Positions 53,257-62,138 of a stretch of DNA of 64,000 bases are shown here, in pieces. Numbering within the stretch: position 1 is the first letter of the stretch; every line of letters starts with the position of its first letter. The DNA comes from an uncultured Dehalococcoidia bacterium (GTDB taxonomy: Bacteria; Chloroflexota; Dehalococcoidia; Lucifugimonadales; UBA3495). A model generated the notes under the pieces. The model was not told the origin of the DNA. It made no database searches and saw nothing but the letters and a program-made list of their open reading frames with translations. The position numbers were made by a program, and so were the translations under genes. The stretch covers positions 1,565,570 to 1,629,569 of the forward strand of contig OY282565.1 in the NCBI GenBank assembly GCA_958296445.1, in the 5' to 3' direction.

Positions 53257-54351
53257 CTAGGCCCTGGCCCGCTGGTTGATGGTCAGCAGGTTTTGGCAGA
53301 AACGGGCGGTCGCCATCATGTCGGGTATGATGACGTATTCGTTGACGGTGTGCATTTCGTTGGTAGCCATCCCGACAACGACGCACTCTACGCCGTTGAG
53401 GCGCATGGCGTTGGCGTCGGTGCCGCCGCCGGAGGGTCGGATGTCGGGCGGTAGGGACATATCCCGCAGTTGGCCGGTGACCAGCCGGACGATGGCCTCG
53501 TTGGGGTCTAGGAGGTACATCTGGAACATCATTTCCAGTTCCTCCCGGATGGTGGCGTCTTGATACTTTTCGCGGGCCTTGCGCATTGACTCGGTCACCT
53601 GCATTCGTAGCAGGTCAATGGTTTCGGTGTTGTGGCTGCGGAATTCGCCGCCGAAGCTGGCCTCTACCGGCACGGCGTTGCGAACCGTTCCGCCGGTGAC
53701 TAGGCCGACGTTGAAGGTGGTTTCCTCGTCCAGCCTTCCGTTGGGCAGGTCGTTGATGATTTCGGAGGCGATGCGGATGGCGGACAAGCCCTTTTCCGGT
53801 TCGACGCCGGCGTGGGCGCCGCGCCCGGTGATGTTGACGTCGAACTTTATGTAGGTGGGGCTGGCGCCGGTGATGGTGTTGACCGGCCCGTTGCCGTCGA
53901 ACACTACGGCGTCGCGGCAGCGAATCATTGAGTAGTCTAGGTTGGCCGCGCCGACCAGCCCGATTTCCTCGCCGCGGGTCAGCACTACCTGCACCGGGCG
54001 GCGGGGGCTGCCGTCTTGGGCTACGCTTTCTAGGCCCTCGAGGATGGCGGCTAGGCCGGCCTTGCAGTCGCCGCCCAGAATCGTCGTGCCGTCGGACACG
54101 ATGCGGTCGCCGCGGACTTCGGGCTTGATGCTCCGGCCCGGCTCCACGGTGTCCATATGCGCCGACAGCATCAGGGGGTCGGCCCCTTCCTCGGACGCAA
54201 TCACGTTGCCGTGGGCGTCGCGCTCGACGGTGAAGCCGAGGCGCTCTAGGCGTCCGGTGAGGTGCTGGGCAATGGCCTCTTCTTCGTCCGAGGGGCTGTC
54301 AATCTTGACCAACTCGCAAAAAGAGTCTACTAGGCGTTCCTGTTCAATCAT
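53257..54351 (-). CDS. M20/M25/M40-family metallopeptidase (peptidase T-like)
   Basis: 'LVKIDSPSDEE...DAHGNVIA...LSAHMDTV...GGDCKAG...RGEEIGLVGA'. Confidence 0.7.
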   Translation of the reverse strand: MIEQERLVDSFCELVKIDSPSDEEEAIAQHLTGRLERLGFTVERDAHGNVIASEEGADPLMLSAHMDTVEPGRSIKPEVRGDRIVSDGTTILGGDCKAGLAAILEGLESVAQDGSPRRPVQVVLTRGEEIGLVGAANLDYSMIRCRDAVVFDGNGPVNTITGASPTYIKFDVNITGRGAHAGVEPEKGLSAIRIASEIINDLPNGRLDEETTFNVGLVTGGTVRNAVPVEASFGGEFRSHNTETIDLLRMQVTESMRKAREKYQDATIREELEMMFQMYLLDPNEAIVRLVTGQLRDMSLPPDIRPSGGGTDANAMRLNGVECVVVGMATNEMHTVNEYVIIPDMMATARFCQNLLTINQRARA

Positions 54352-54394
54352 TTCCTAACCTCTGGCAGGTTCCGGTTGTTGCGTATTATACATT

Positions 54395-55198
54395 ATGCTG
54401 GGGTATGTCTTGATTTGGGAGGGAAGCGCGATGTCGGGGGAACCGGGCGAGGGCGAAGGGGACAACCGGCGGCGGGAAGCGACGGATGCGCTGGACGCGC
54501 TTACCGCAGAGATAGCCGCCTGCCGTCGCTGCGCCCGGCTGGTGGAACACCGCGAGCGCATCGGCGAGGTGAAGCGGGCGTCTTATGCCGGGTGGGACTA
54601 TTGGGCTAGGCCGGTGCCGGGCTTTGGCGACCCGATGGCGCCGTTGCTGGCGCTGGGGCTGGCCCCGGCGGCCCACGGGGGCAACCGCACCGGGCGGGTG
54701 TTCACGGGCGACGCTTCGGCTACGTTTCTCATTAAAGCTATGCACCAGGCCGGGCTGGCTAATCAGCCGGTTTCGGACCATAGGGAGGACGGGCTGGAGT
54801 ATGCCGGGGTGTACGTTTGCGCGGCGGTGCGCTGTGTGCCGCCCGGCGACCGCCCTACGCCGGAGGAGCAGCGAACCTGCCTGCCCTACTTGGCGCGGGA
54901 AATGAGGCTGCTGCCCAACCTGCGGGTGGTGCTGGCCTTGGGGCAAATCGCTTTTCAGGCCGCGCTGCGGGCGATAACGGCTCTTGGGACGGCTGAGGAC
55001 GCCGGGCGGCGTCTCAGGGGGAAGTTCCGGCACGGCGAGGTATACCGCTTTGGGCCGGGGCTGCCGCTGGTCGTCGCCTGTTACCATCCCAGCCCCCGCA
55101 ACACCAACACCGGGCGGCTTTCGATGGAGCAACTGGTGGAGACGCTGGCAATGGCGAAGGGGCTGAGCGAGGGGGGGGTTGCGGCGGGAAACTGGTAG
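54395..55198 (+). CDS. Uracil-DNA glycosylase superfamily protein (family 5/UdgB-like)
   Basis: 'CRRCARL...GLAPAAHGGNRTGRVFTGD...CYHPSPRNTNTG'. The start may be the internal ATG at 54431. Confidence 0.65.
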   Translation: MLGYVLIWEGSAMSGEPGEGEGDNRRREATDALDALTAEIAACRRCARLVEHRERIGEVKRASYAGWDYWARPVPGFGDPMAPLLALGLAPAAHGGNRTGRVFTGDASATFLIKAMHQAGLANQPVSDHREDGLEYAGVYVCAAVRCVPPGDRPTPEEQRTCLPYLAREMRLLPNLRVVLALGQIAFQAALRAITALGTAEDAGRRLRGKFRHGEVYRFGPGLPLVVACYHPSPRNTNTGRLSMEQLVETLAMAKGLSEGGVAAGNW

Positions 55199-55269
55199 GG
55201 CGTAGGGGATTCGAACCCCTGATCTCCGCCTTGAGAGGGCGGTGTCCTGGGCCGCTAGACGAACGCCCC
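55194..55269 (-). tRNA. tRNA-Glu (anticodon CUC), CCA encoded
   Basis: The reverse complement GGGGCGTTCGTCTAGCGGCCCAGGACACCGCCCTCTCAAGGCGGAGATCAGGGGTTCGAATCCCCTACGCCCTACCA folds as a cloverleaf. Anticodon loop is CTCTCAA. It closely resembles canonical bacterial tRNA-Glu. Confidence 0.85.
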
Positions 55270-55608
55270 ACCACACGATGGCCGCCCCTTGGCCCATAGG
55301 GGGACAGCTAGGGGAATATATCAAATTGGGCCGGGGTTGTAAAGGGTTGCGGGTTTTGGGGGGCGGTTGCGGAATTGGCCTTTGTCACGCTGCCGCTTCG
55401 TCCCTTGCCGCTTTGCCACCCTGCCCTTTTGTCACCCTGAGCGAAAGCGAAGGGTCTCGGCGGCATAGGGGAGATTCTTCGCTGCGCTCAGAATGACAGG
55501 GGGCTGTTCAGAATGACAGGGGGTTGTTCGGGATGACAGGGGGTTGTTCGGGATGACGGGGGGCGGGAGGGGATATTTTTTCAGTCGGCTTATAGGGCGT
55601 TGCCGGGG

Positions 55609-55637
55609 TTGCGCCGGGGGCCGTTGCTACGTATAAT
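55609..55637 (+). promoter_or_regulatory. Sigma-70-like promoter candidate for the tRNA-Val/Leu/Arg cluster
   Basis: TTGCGC at 55609-55614, a 17-nt spacer, then TATAAT at 55632-55637. This lies 20 nt upstream of tRNA-Val. Confidence 0.5.
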
Positions 55638-55656
55638 TGAGTATGTCCCGATTAGG

Positions 55657-55733
55657 GGGCGGTTAGCTCAGTTGGTCAGAGCGCCTCGTTCACACCGAGG
55701 AGGTCGGAGGTTCAAGTCCTCCATCGCCCACCA
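55657..55733 (+). tRNA. tRNA-Val (anticodon CAC), CCA encoded
   Basis: GGGCGGTTAGCTCAGTTGGTCAGAGCGCCTCGTTCACACCGAGG...GGTTCAAGTCCTCCATCGCCCACCA. Anticodon loop is TTCACAC. Confidence 0.85.
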
Positions 55734-55780
55734 GGTTGCGGGGCTGTTGGGAGCCGGGGCTGCGGCCCGGGTTCCGGGGA

Positions 55781-55866
55781 GCCGAGGTGGCGGAATGGCA
55801 GACGCGCTGCGTTCAGGGCGCAGTGTCCTTACGGATGTGTGGGTTCAAATCCCTCCCTCGGCACCA
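55781..55866 (+). tRNA. tRNA-Leu (anticodon CAG), long variable arm, CCA encoded
   Basis: GCCGAGGTGGCGGAATGGCAGAC...CTGCGTTCAGGGCGCAG...GGTTCAAATCCCTCCCTCGGCACCA. Anticodon loop is TTCAGGG. Confidence 0.85.
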
Positions 55867-55889
55867 TTATCGGCATTAAGCACTGGCGC

Positions 55890-55965
55890 GCGCTTGTAGC
55901 TCAGAGGATAGAGCGCTGCCCTGCGGAGGCAGAGGTCGTGAGTTCGAATCTCGCCAAGCGCGCCA
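55890..55965 (+). tRNA. tRNA-Arg (anticodon GCG), CCA encoded
   Basis: GCGCTTGTAGCTCAGAGGATAGAGCGCTGCCCTGCGGAGGCAGAGGTCGTGAGTTCGAATCTCGCCAAGCGCGCCA. Anticodon loop is CTGCGGA. Confidence 0.8.
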
Positions 55966-56003
55966 CTTTTTTCTTGCCCCTTTCGCCTTGAGTCGTCCAT
56001 TAA

Positions 56004-56140
56004 GAAAATTGCGAAATTTCCTTTTGTCACCCTGAGCGAAGCGAAGGGTCTCACTGCGCAGGGCGGGATTCTTCGCTTTGCTCAGAATGACAGGTGGCTC
56101 GCTTAGAATGACAGACGGCGGAAGTAATTTCGTAATTTTC
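56004..56140. mobile_element. MITE-like family-1 repeat element (short copy) with TIRs
   Basis: 'gaaaattgcgaaattt' at 56004 pairs with 'aatttcgtaattttc' ending at 56140. The interior holds 'cctgagcgaagcgaagggtctc...ggattcttcgctttgctcag'. Confidence 0.7.
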
Positions 56141-56157
56141 TCGCCCGCTCGCATTTG

Positions 56158-56991
56158 TCATACCCGCTCGAATTTTTGCGCCCGCTGGTTGGCGGTGTCT
56201 ATGCCGTAGATGCTGCCTTGGGAGTCGGTGCAGACTTGGTGGGCGCCCTCGAAGGTTCGGCCGCGGGCCAGTAGCTCGCCGTCAAGGGTGTAGAGGCTGA
56301 TGCGCGGAATCTGGTCGGTGACGTAGACTATCTGCGCCGCGTCTATGTGTACCCCCATCGGGCATTTGAAGTCGTCCCATTGGGCCAGGAATTGGCCCTC
56401 GGCGGTGAACACCTGTACCCGGTGGTTTTCCCGGTCGGCCACGTAGAGGCGGCCGTCTTGGGATGCGGCGATGCTGTGCGGCACCATAAACTGCCCCGGC
56501 CCGCGCCCCGGGCTGCCGAAGCTGCTCAGGTAATCACCGGCGGGGCTGAAGCGGTGTACGCTGGAGTTGCCGTAGCCGTCGGCTACGTACAGCTCGCCCG
56601 ACGGCGCGACGCATACGTCCGCCGGGTGGTTGAAGGGCGCCTGTAGCTCCGCCTTGTCCCGGGTGCCTAACGACCGGAGCAGCCGCCCGCTAGTGTCGTA
56701 CTGCAATACTTGATGGGCGTCGCGGTCGGTGAGATAAACGCTGTCGTCCGGGCCGACGTAGATGTGATGCGCGTCGGCAGGCACGCCGTCCTGCCGCGGC
56801 CACGGCTCCAAGAAATGCCCGTTGCGGTCGAACACCAGCACCGGCGGCCCTTGCCGCTGGAACACGTACACCCGGTCCAGCGAATCCACCGCCACCCCGC
56901 TGGGGGCTTGCAGGGTCATTCCTTCGGGCAGTTTGGCCCATCCCGGCTGGTACTCGTAGCGGTATTCGCCTGCGCCGATGGTTGTTGCCAT
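56158..56991 (-). CDS. NHL-repeat beta-propeller protein
   Basis: Repeated units of the type 'P.GVAVDS.DRVYV.D..NHRV..F', for example 'LYVADRENHRVQVFTAEG' and 'VYLTDRDAHQVLQYDTSG'. Confidence 0.65.
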   Translation of the reverse strand: MATTIGAGEYRYEYQPGWAKLPEGMTLQAPSGVAVDSLDRVYVFQRQGPPVLVFDRNGHFLEPWPRQDGVPADAHHIYVGPDDSVYLTDRDAHQVLQYDTSGRLLRSLGTRDKAELQAPFNHPADVCVAPSGELYVADGYGNSSVHRFSPAGDYLSSFGSPGRGPGQFMVPHSIAASQDGRLYVADRENHRVQVFTAEGQFLAQWDDFKCPMGVHIDAAQIVYVTDQIPRISLYTLDGELLARGRTFEGAHQVCTDSQGSIYGIDTANQRAQKFERV

Positions 56992-57155
56992 ATCATCCTC
57001 GCTTTCTGTGATATTGCCCGTGGGGGCGGGCGCACGGCTGTGCGCCCCTACCTGTCGGGATTCTCAGGATTAAGGGATTTGCCGGATGGGGAAGTTTGCT
57101 ATACTGCCGTTGCTGGCCTGGTTTATGTCATATTACTTCATCCGGGAGGGTTTCT

Positions 57156-57932
57156 GTGGGAATTGAAGGTTCGGTGATAATCGTTACCGGCTCGTCGGTT
57201 GGGCTGGGGGCGGCTACGGCCCGCGCTGCCGCGGCCAAGGGGGCGCGTTTGCTGATTAACTACACCAAAAGCGAGGCTGAGGCTGAGGGGACGGCGCAAG
57301 CCTGCCGCGATTTGGGGGGCGACGCGGTGTTGTGTCAAGGCAATGTGGCCGAGGACGCCGACTGCCGCCGGATGGCGTCGGTGGCTTTGGAGCGGTGGGG
57401 CCGGATTGACGGGCTGGTGAACAACGCCGGGTCGTCGGTATTCGCCAGCGCCGCCGATTTGGAATCGCTGTCGGGCGAGGATTTTCTGAATATCTACGCG
57501 GTCAATGTGGTGGGCGCTTACCAGATGATACGCGCCGTCGCGCCCCACCTGAAGGCGCAGGGAAAGGGCGCAATCGTCAATGTGTCGTCCATTTCGGCCA
57601 TCACCGGCGGGGGCAGTTCCATCGCCTACGCCGCATCCAAAGCCGCCCTTAACGCTATGACCATATCGCTGGCCCGCGCTCTGGCCCCGCAGATACGGGT
57701 CAACGCGGTCTGCCCCGGCCCTGTTCCGACCCGCTGGTGGGGCGACGGGCTGGGCGAGGAGGGGGCGCAAAGGCTGTTTCAGAGTTTCGAGGCGCAGGTT
57801 CCGCTCGGGCAGGCGCCCACGGCGGACAGCGTGGCGGAAACGGTGGTGTGGCTGCTGGAGGCCGCCAGACACGTTACCGGAGAGACGATAATGATTGATT
57901 CGGGGATGCACCTGATAGGTTTCAAGCCGTAA
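57156..57932 (+). CDS. SDR-family oxidoreductase
   Basis: 'VIIVTGSSVGLGAATA', 'NNAG' and 'YAASKAAL'. GTG start at 57156, after the RBS 'gggaggg'. Confidence 0.8.
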   Translation: MGIEGSVIIVTGSSVGLGAATARAAAAKGARLLINYTKSEAEAEGTAQACRDLGGDAVLCQGNVAEDADCRRMASVALERWGRIDGLVNNAGSSVFASAADLESLSGEDFLNIYAVNVVGAYQMIRAVAPHLKAQGKGAIVNVSSISAITGGGSSIAYAASKAALNAMTISLARALAPQIRVNAVCPGPVPTRWWGDGLGEEGAQRLFQSFEAQVPLGQAPTADSVAETVVWLLEAARHVTGETIMIDSGMHLIGFKP

Positions 57933-57958
57933 GACAAGATCTTTCGATTCTTGAACGG

Positions 57959-58050
57959 GATTGTCTGAATCAGGATTTTCAGGATTTCGGAATTTTCAGG
58001 ATTGTTCCAATCCGGTAAATCGTATAATCCTGAAAATCCTGATTCAGACA
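57959..58050. repeat. Family-3 palindromic element
   Basis: 'ttgtctgaatcaggattttcagg...cctgaaaatcctgattcagacaa'. Confidence 0.8.
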
Positions 58051-58074
58051 AAGAATTGGCAGGAGGGCGAAAGC

Positions 58075-58965
58075 GTGGCTAATGAGAGTCCTTTGGAGAT
58101 GGGCGGAGCCGGTGGCGTTGGGCCGGAGCTGGTGGATTATCTTTTGTACGAGCCGGAGGATTCGGGGATTCTCTGGATTAAGTTCAACCGGCCGGAGCGT
58201 ATGAATGCGCTCATTGGCAATTCGCAGGAAAGCGGCACCGTCGCCAAGGTGGGCGAGTATATGCGGGCCGGCGATGATGACCCCAACATCCGGGTCATTG
58301 TGCTGACCGGCGTGGGGCGCGGGTTCTGCTCCGGGGCCGATATGCGCCGCGACACCGACCCGGCGGTCACCGGCGACAACTTCATTGGCAACCGGGGGAC
58401 GGAGCAAGGGCCGGACGCAGCCCGGCAACACTTTTTCCACGGCTTCACCCACCTGCACCGCGATATATCGCTGATACGCAAGCCTACCATCGCTATGGTC
58501 AACGGCCCGGCGGTCGGTTCCGGGATGGATATGGCGCTGCATTGCGACATCAGGGTAGGCTGCGAAAACACCCGCTTTATCGGCTACCAGCAGTTGGGCC
58601 AAATCATCGAAAACGGCGGCAGCTATTACTTGCCCAAGCTGGCCGGGCTGGGCCGCGCTCTGGAGTTCGCTTATACCGGCCATTTGGACGCGCAACGGGC
58701 CTATGACTGGGGGCTGCTCAACTATCTGGTGCCGTCGGATGAGCTGGAGCAGACCACCCGCGACTTGTGCGACCGCATAATGCGAACCCCGCCGATGGTG
58801 CAGTGGATCAGTAAGCGCATAATGCGCACGGCAATGGACACCAGCTTGGAGAATACTATGGTGCTGACGTCCAACGCCGGGGGGATACTGAACGGGTCGG
58901 ATGACGCTGAGGAGGCGCGGCGGGCGTTTCTGGAGAAGCGGGCGCCGGTGTTCCGGGGGCGGTAG
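58075..58965 (+). CDS. Enoyl-CoA hydratase/isomerase (crotonase) family protein
   Basis: 'ILWIKFNRPERMNAL...VIVLTGVGRGFCSGADM...TIAMVNGPAVGSGMDMALHCDIR'. GTG start at 58075, after AGGAGGG; ATG 58099 is an alternative. Confidence 0.8.
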   Translation: MANESPLEMGGAGGVGPELVDYLLYEPEDSGILWIKFNRPERMNALIGNSQESGTVAKVGEYMRAGDDDPNIRVIVLTGVGRGFCSGADMRRDTDPAVTGDNFIGNRGTEQGPDAARQHFFHGFTHLHRDISLIRKPTIAMVNGPAVGSGMDMALHCDIRVGCENTRFIGYQQLGQIIENGGSYYLPKLAGLGRALEFAYTGHLDAQRAYDWGLLNYLVPSDELEQTTRDLCDRIMRTPPMVQWISKRIMRTAMDTSLENTMVLTSNAGGILNGSDDAEEARRAFLEKRAPVFRGR

Positions 58966-59022
58966 AGCGGGCTGGCGTAGCTTTTGCTGAGGAAAATTCA
59001 GGCATCTAGGGAGGAGTCGTAT

Positions 59023-59430
59023 ATGTCCACGCCTGCGATGGAGCCGGCGGAAACCGGCGATGTTGTAATTGACCACCAGCAGCGAGCCGTATATTTCTTG
59101 CAGAAAGGCCGCGAGTTTCTGGCTGGTGGCGATTTGCATCAAGCGTCCGAAAAGGGATGGGGGGCGGCGGCGCATATAGTAAAAGCGGTTGCCGCCACCT
59201 ATGGGTGGAGCTACGAGAGCCACGATGAGTTTGATGCCATGCTGGAACAGGCGTCGGCGCTGGCGAGAAACGACCGGATTCACGACCTCGGCAACGCCGC
59301 CCACTATCTGCACCGCAACTATTACAAACGCAAGGCGTTGCTGAATCCCGACAGGATCCGGCGCAATCTGGACAACGTGGATGAACTGATAAATTTGCTG
59401 CGGCCGCTATGCCGGGGCAGTAGGGAGTAA
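59023..59430 (+). CDS. PaREP1/HEPN-like helical protein
   Basis: 'GDLHQASEKGWGAAAHIVKAVAATYGW...HDEF...AHYLHRNYY' matches the PaREP1-type signature. RBS is GGGAGGAG. The stop lies 3 nt before the McrB-like start. Confidence 0.5.
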   Translation: MSTPAMEPAETGDVVIDHQQRAVYFLQKGREFLAGGDLHQASEKGWGAAAHIVKAVAATYGWSYESHDEFDAMLEQASALARNDRIHDLGNAAHYLHRNYYKRKALLNPDRIRRNLDNVDELINLLRPLCRGSRE

Positions 59431-59433
59431 CGA

Positions 59434-60915
59434 ATGACGTCTAGGCCACAAACAGATCCGCGGCGGCCCTGCTGGATTGTTGGAACTGCCTATGGCGGAA
59501 CGGATGATCAGACGCCCCGTTTGTTGCGGGAAGGCATTTGGGAAAACGGCTGGGGTGTATATGGTGATGACAGGCTCCTTGAGCAGGTAAACTCTATGCG
59601 GCCAGGAGACCGCATCGCAATCAAGGCGGTTTTCGCCCAAAAGCGCAATCTGCCATTCCCTAACCCGGGGGAGTACACTGTTGGGGGAATGTACATCAAG
59701 GCAATTGGGGTAGTCACGAATAATCCCGGTGACGGCATTTACGTCAATGTTGATTGGACGTCCGTCAACCCGCCTCGCGTCTGGTACTTCAGCCAGTTTC
59801 GCCAAACACTGCACAGAATTGTTCCGGGGGCGTCTTGGGAAACGGATGCGCTGATTGACTTTACCTTTAACAACAAGCCTCAAGACATTAACCGATTCCG
59901 AAACGCCCCTAAATGGCGGGAGAAATTCGGCCAACTAATCGTCACTCAGAATGTTGCCGTTCCCGTCGCCCAAAATCCGGTGGCAGAATCCGACGATGAT
60001 GACGCGGGGGATGATGATTCTCCCGCGCCATACTCTATTGACGACATCATAGCCGACGGCTGCTTTCTGGAGCGCACCCGGTTAGCGGACATCGTTGAAC
60101 ACTGGCACTCCAAGAAAAACCTGATACTGCAAGGGCCGCCCGGCACCGGCAAGACTTGGCTGGCCCGCAAGCTGGCCTACGCTCTGATAGGGCAAAGGGA
60201 CGAAAGCCAGGTGCAGGCCGTGCAGTTTCATCCCAACCTGTCTTATGAGGATTTTGTGCGGGGGTATCGTCCGTCGGGCGATGGCAAGCTGGCCTTGATG
60301 GACGGGCCTTTTCTGAATATGGTTGAGGCCGCCCGCCAAGACCCCAATTCGGATTACGTGATAGTGATTGAGGAAATCAATCGGGGCAATCCGGCGCAGG
60401 TTTTCGGCGAAATGCTTACGCTGCTGGAGGCCGATAAGCGCAAGGAAAGCGAAGGGCTGGGCCTGAGTTACCGCGGGCGCGATGATGAGCGGGTATATGT
60501 GCCGCCTAACCTGTATGTCATCGGCACAATGAACATTGCCGACCGTTCCCTTGCGCTGGTGGATTTGGCCTTTCGCCGCCGTTTCGCCTTTGAGGATTTG
60601 GAACCCGAATTTGGCCGGACGTGGCTGGAGTGGGTGCGCGATAACTGCGGTGTTGACGGCCAGTTTCTGGCGGATGTGCGGCGGCGGATGCTTGCCTTGA
60701 ATCAACAAATCGCCGGTGACCGTAGCTTGGGCCGCCAATTCCGCGTGGGCCATAGTTATGTCACGCCATCGGCGGGCGATGCTATACGGGACGCCGCGGC
60801 GTGGTTTCGCCGGGTGGTGGAAAAGGAAATCGGCCCCTTGCTGGACGAATACTGGTTCGATTCCCCGGATACGGCGCGGCAGGCCAAAGACGATTTGCTG
60901 GCGGCCGGGCCGTAA
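59434..60915 (+). CDS. mcrB: McrB-like AAA+ GTPase subunit with a non-canonical (possibly PUA/EVE-like) N-terminal domain
   Basis: 'LILQGPPGTGKTWLARKLA', 'VQFHPNLSYEDFVRGYRP', 'VIVIEEINRGNPAQVFGEMLTLLE' and 'LYVIGTMNIADRSLALVDLAFRRRFAF'. Confidence 0.8.
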   Translation: MTSRPQTDPRRPCWIVGTAYGGTDDQTPRLLREGIWENGWGVYGDDRLLEQVNSMRPGDRIAIKAVFAQKRNLPFPNPGEYTVGGMYIKAIGVVTNNPGDGIYVNVDWTSVNPPRVWYFSQFRQTLHRIVPGASWETDALIDFTFNNKPQDINRFRNAPKWREKFGQLIVTQNVAVPVAQNPVAESDDDDAGDDDSPAPYSIDDIIADGCFLERTRLADIVEHWHSKKNLILQGPPGTGKTWLARKLAYALIGQRDESQVQAVQFHPNLSYEDFVRGYRPSGDGKLALMDGPFLNMVEAARQDPNSDYVIVIEEINRGNPAQVFGEMLTLLEADKRKESEGLGLSYRGRDDERVYVPPNLYVIGTMNIADRSLALVDLAFRRRFAFEDLEPEFGRTWLEWVRDNCGVDGQFLADVRRRMLALNQQIAGDRSLGRQFRVGHSYVTPSAGDAIRDAAAWFRRVVEKEIGPLLDEYWFDSPDTARQAKDDLLAAGP

Positions 60916-62006
60916 TGGTTGGGGCAGTAATATCGGGGCGGAGCCGGATTCCGGTAAGGAATATCTGGCTGTTGCTGCTTTACGCATCGGAGTTGTTCCG
61001 CCATCTGGATAGCAGCAGCAGGGCCGGGGTTGAGGATAACCCGGACGATATACCCGACCTGATAGCGGAAATTCTGGCCCGCGAGGTTGAGCGGCGGTTG
61101 GCGCGGAATCTGAGTACGGGATGGCGGACGCGCCAGGCCGATATAACCCGCGTCCGGGGCCGCATTGACTTGCGGCGCACGGAAACCCGCCGCCTGCTGG
61201 AGCGGGGCCGCGTGGCCTGCCGGTTCGACGAGCTTACCCTTGACACGCCCCGCAACCGTCTGGTGCGGGCGGCTCTGGTTAGATTGGCCGTCATTGCCGG
61301 GCGCAAGGATGTGGTCACCCGCTGCCGTTCCTTGGCGGCGCGGCTGGAGCGGTTGGGCGTGGGTGCCGGGAAACCGCCTCGAACCGAGGTTTCGGTAGAC
61401 ACATTCGGGCGTTGGGACGCCAGCGACCGTTTGATGGTGGCCGCCGCCAAGCTGGCCTTTGATTTGGCGTTGCCTAATGAACAACCGGGCGCAACGGCCT
61501 TGACATCGCCGTACCGGGAAATCGGGTGGCTGAGGCGACTGTACGAAAAGGCCGTTGCCGGATTTTATGACGTGGTTCTATCGCCCGGCGGATGGCGCGT
61601 TAATCACGGCAAAACTATTTATTGGCCGCACACCAATTCAACGCCCGGCGTTACAAATATACTGCCGTCAATGAAAACCGACATCACGCTGGAGCATCCC
61701 GGCTTGCGCCGCCGCATAATTGTTGACACGAAATTTACCGACATTCTAGTTTCCGGGCAATACGGGAACGAATCGTTGAGAAGCGGTTATATCTATCAGA
61801 TATACGCTTACCTGCGCTCTCAAGAAAACGGGAATGACCCGCTATCGCTCGATGCTTGCGGCCTGTTACTGCATCCGGCTATAGACGGGATGGTAGACGA
61901 ATCCGCGGTTATTCAGGGGCATCTTATCCGGTTCGCCACTGTTGATTTGGGGGCGGCTGCTGCGGAAATAAGGCGGCAATTGTTGGTTGTGATAGATCGG
62001 CCCTAG
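60915..62006 (+). CDS. mcrC: McrC-like nuclease subunit
   Basis: The ATG overlaps the mcrB stop as TAATG. 'IPVRNIWLLLLYASE' is the McrC N-terminal signature. C-terminal PD-(D/E)xK is 'MKTDITLEH...RRIIVDTKFT'. Confidence 0.7.
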   Translation: MVGAVISGRSRIPVRNIWLLLLYASELFRHLDSSSRAGVEDNPDDIPDLIAEILAREVERRLARNLSTGWRTRQADITRVRGRIDLRRTETRRLLERGRVACRFDELTLDTPRNRLVRAALVRLAVIAGRKDVVTRCRSLAARLERLGVGAGKPPRTEVSVDTFGRWDASDRLMVAAAKLAFDLALPNEQPGATALTSPYREIGWLRRLYEKAVAGFYDVVLSPGGWRVNHGKTIYWPHTNSTPGVTNILPSMKTDITLEHPGLRRRIIVDTKFTDILVSGQYGNESLRSGYIYQIYAYLRSQENGNDPLSLDACGLLLHPAIDGMVDESAVIQGHLIRFATVDLGAAAAEIRRQLLVVIDRP

Positions 62007-62138
62007 CCATTTTGCCCGTTGGGGCGGGCGCACGGCTGTGCGCCCCTACGGGTGCGGTTTGCGATATTGTTGGTGGGTGTTGGGGCGCGGTTGTGCGCCC
62101 CAACGGGTTCGATTGCGACACGTTGGGGCAGAGGGGAT

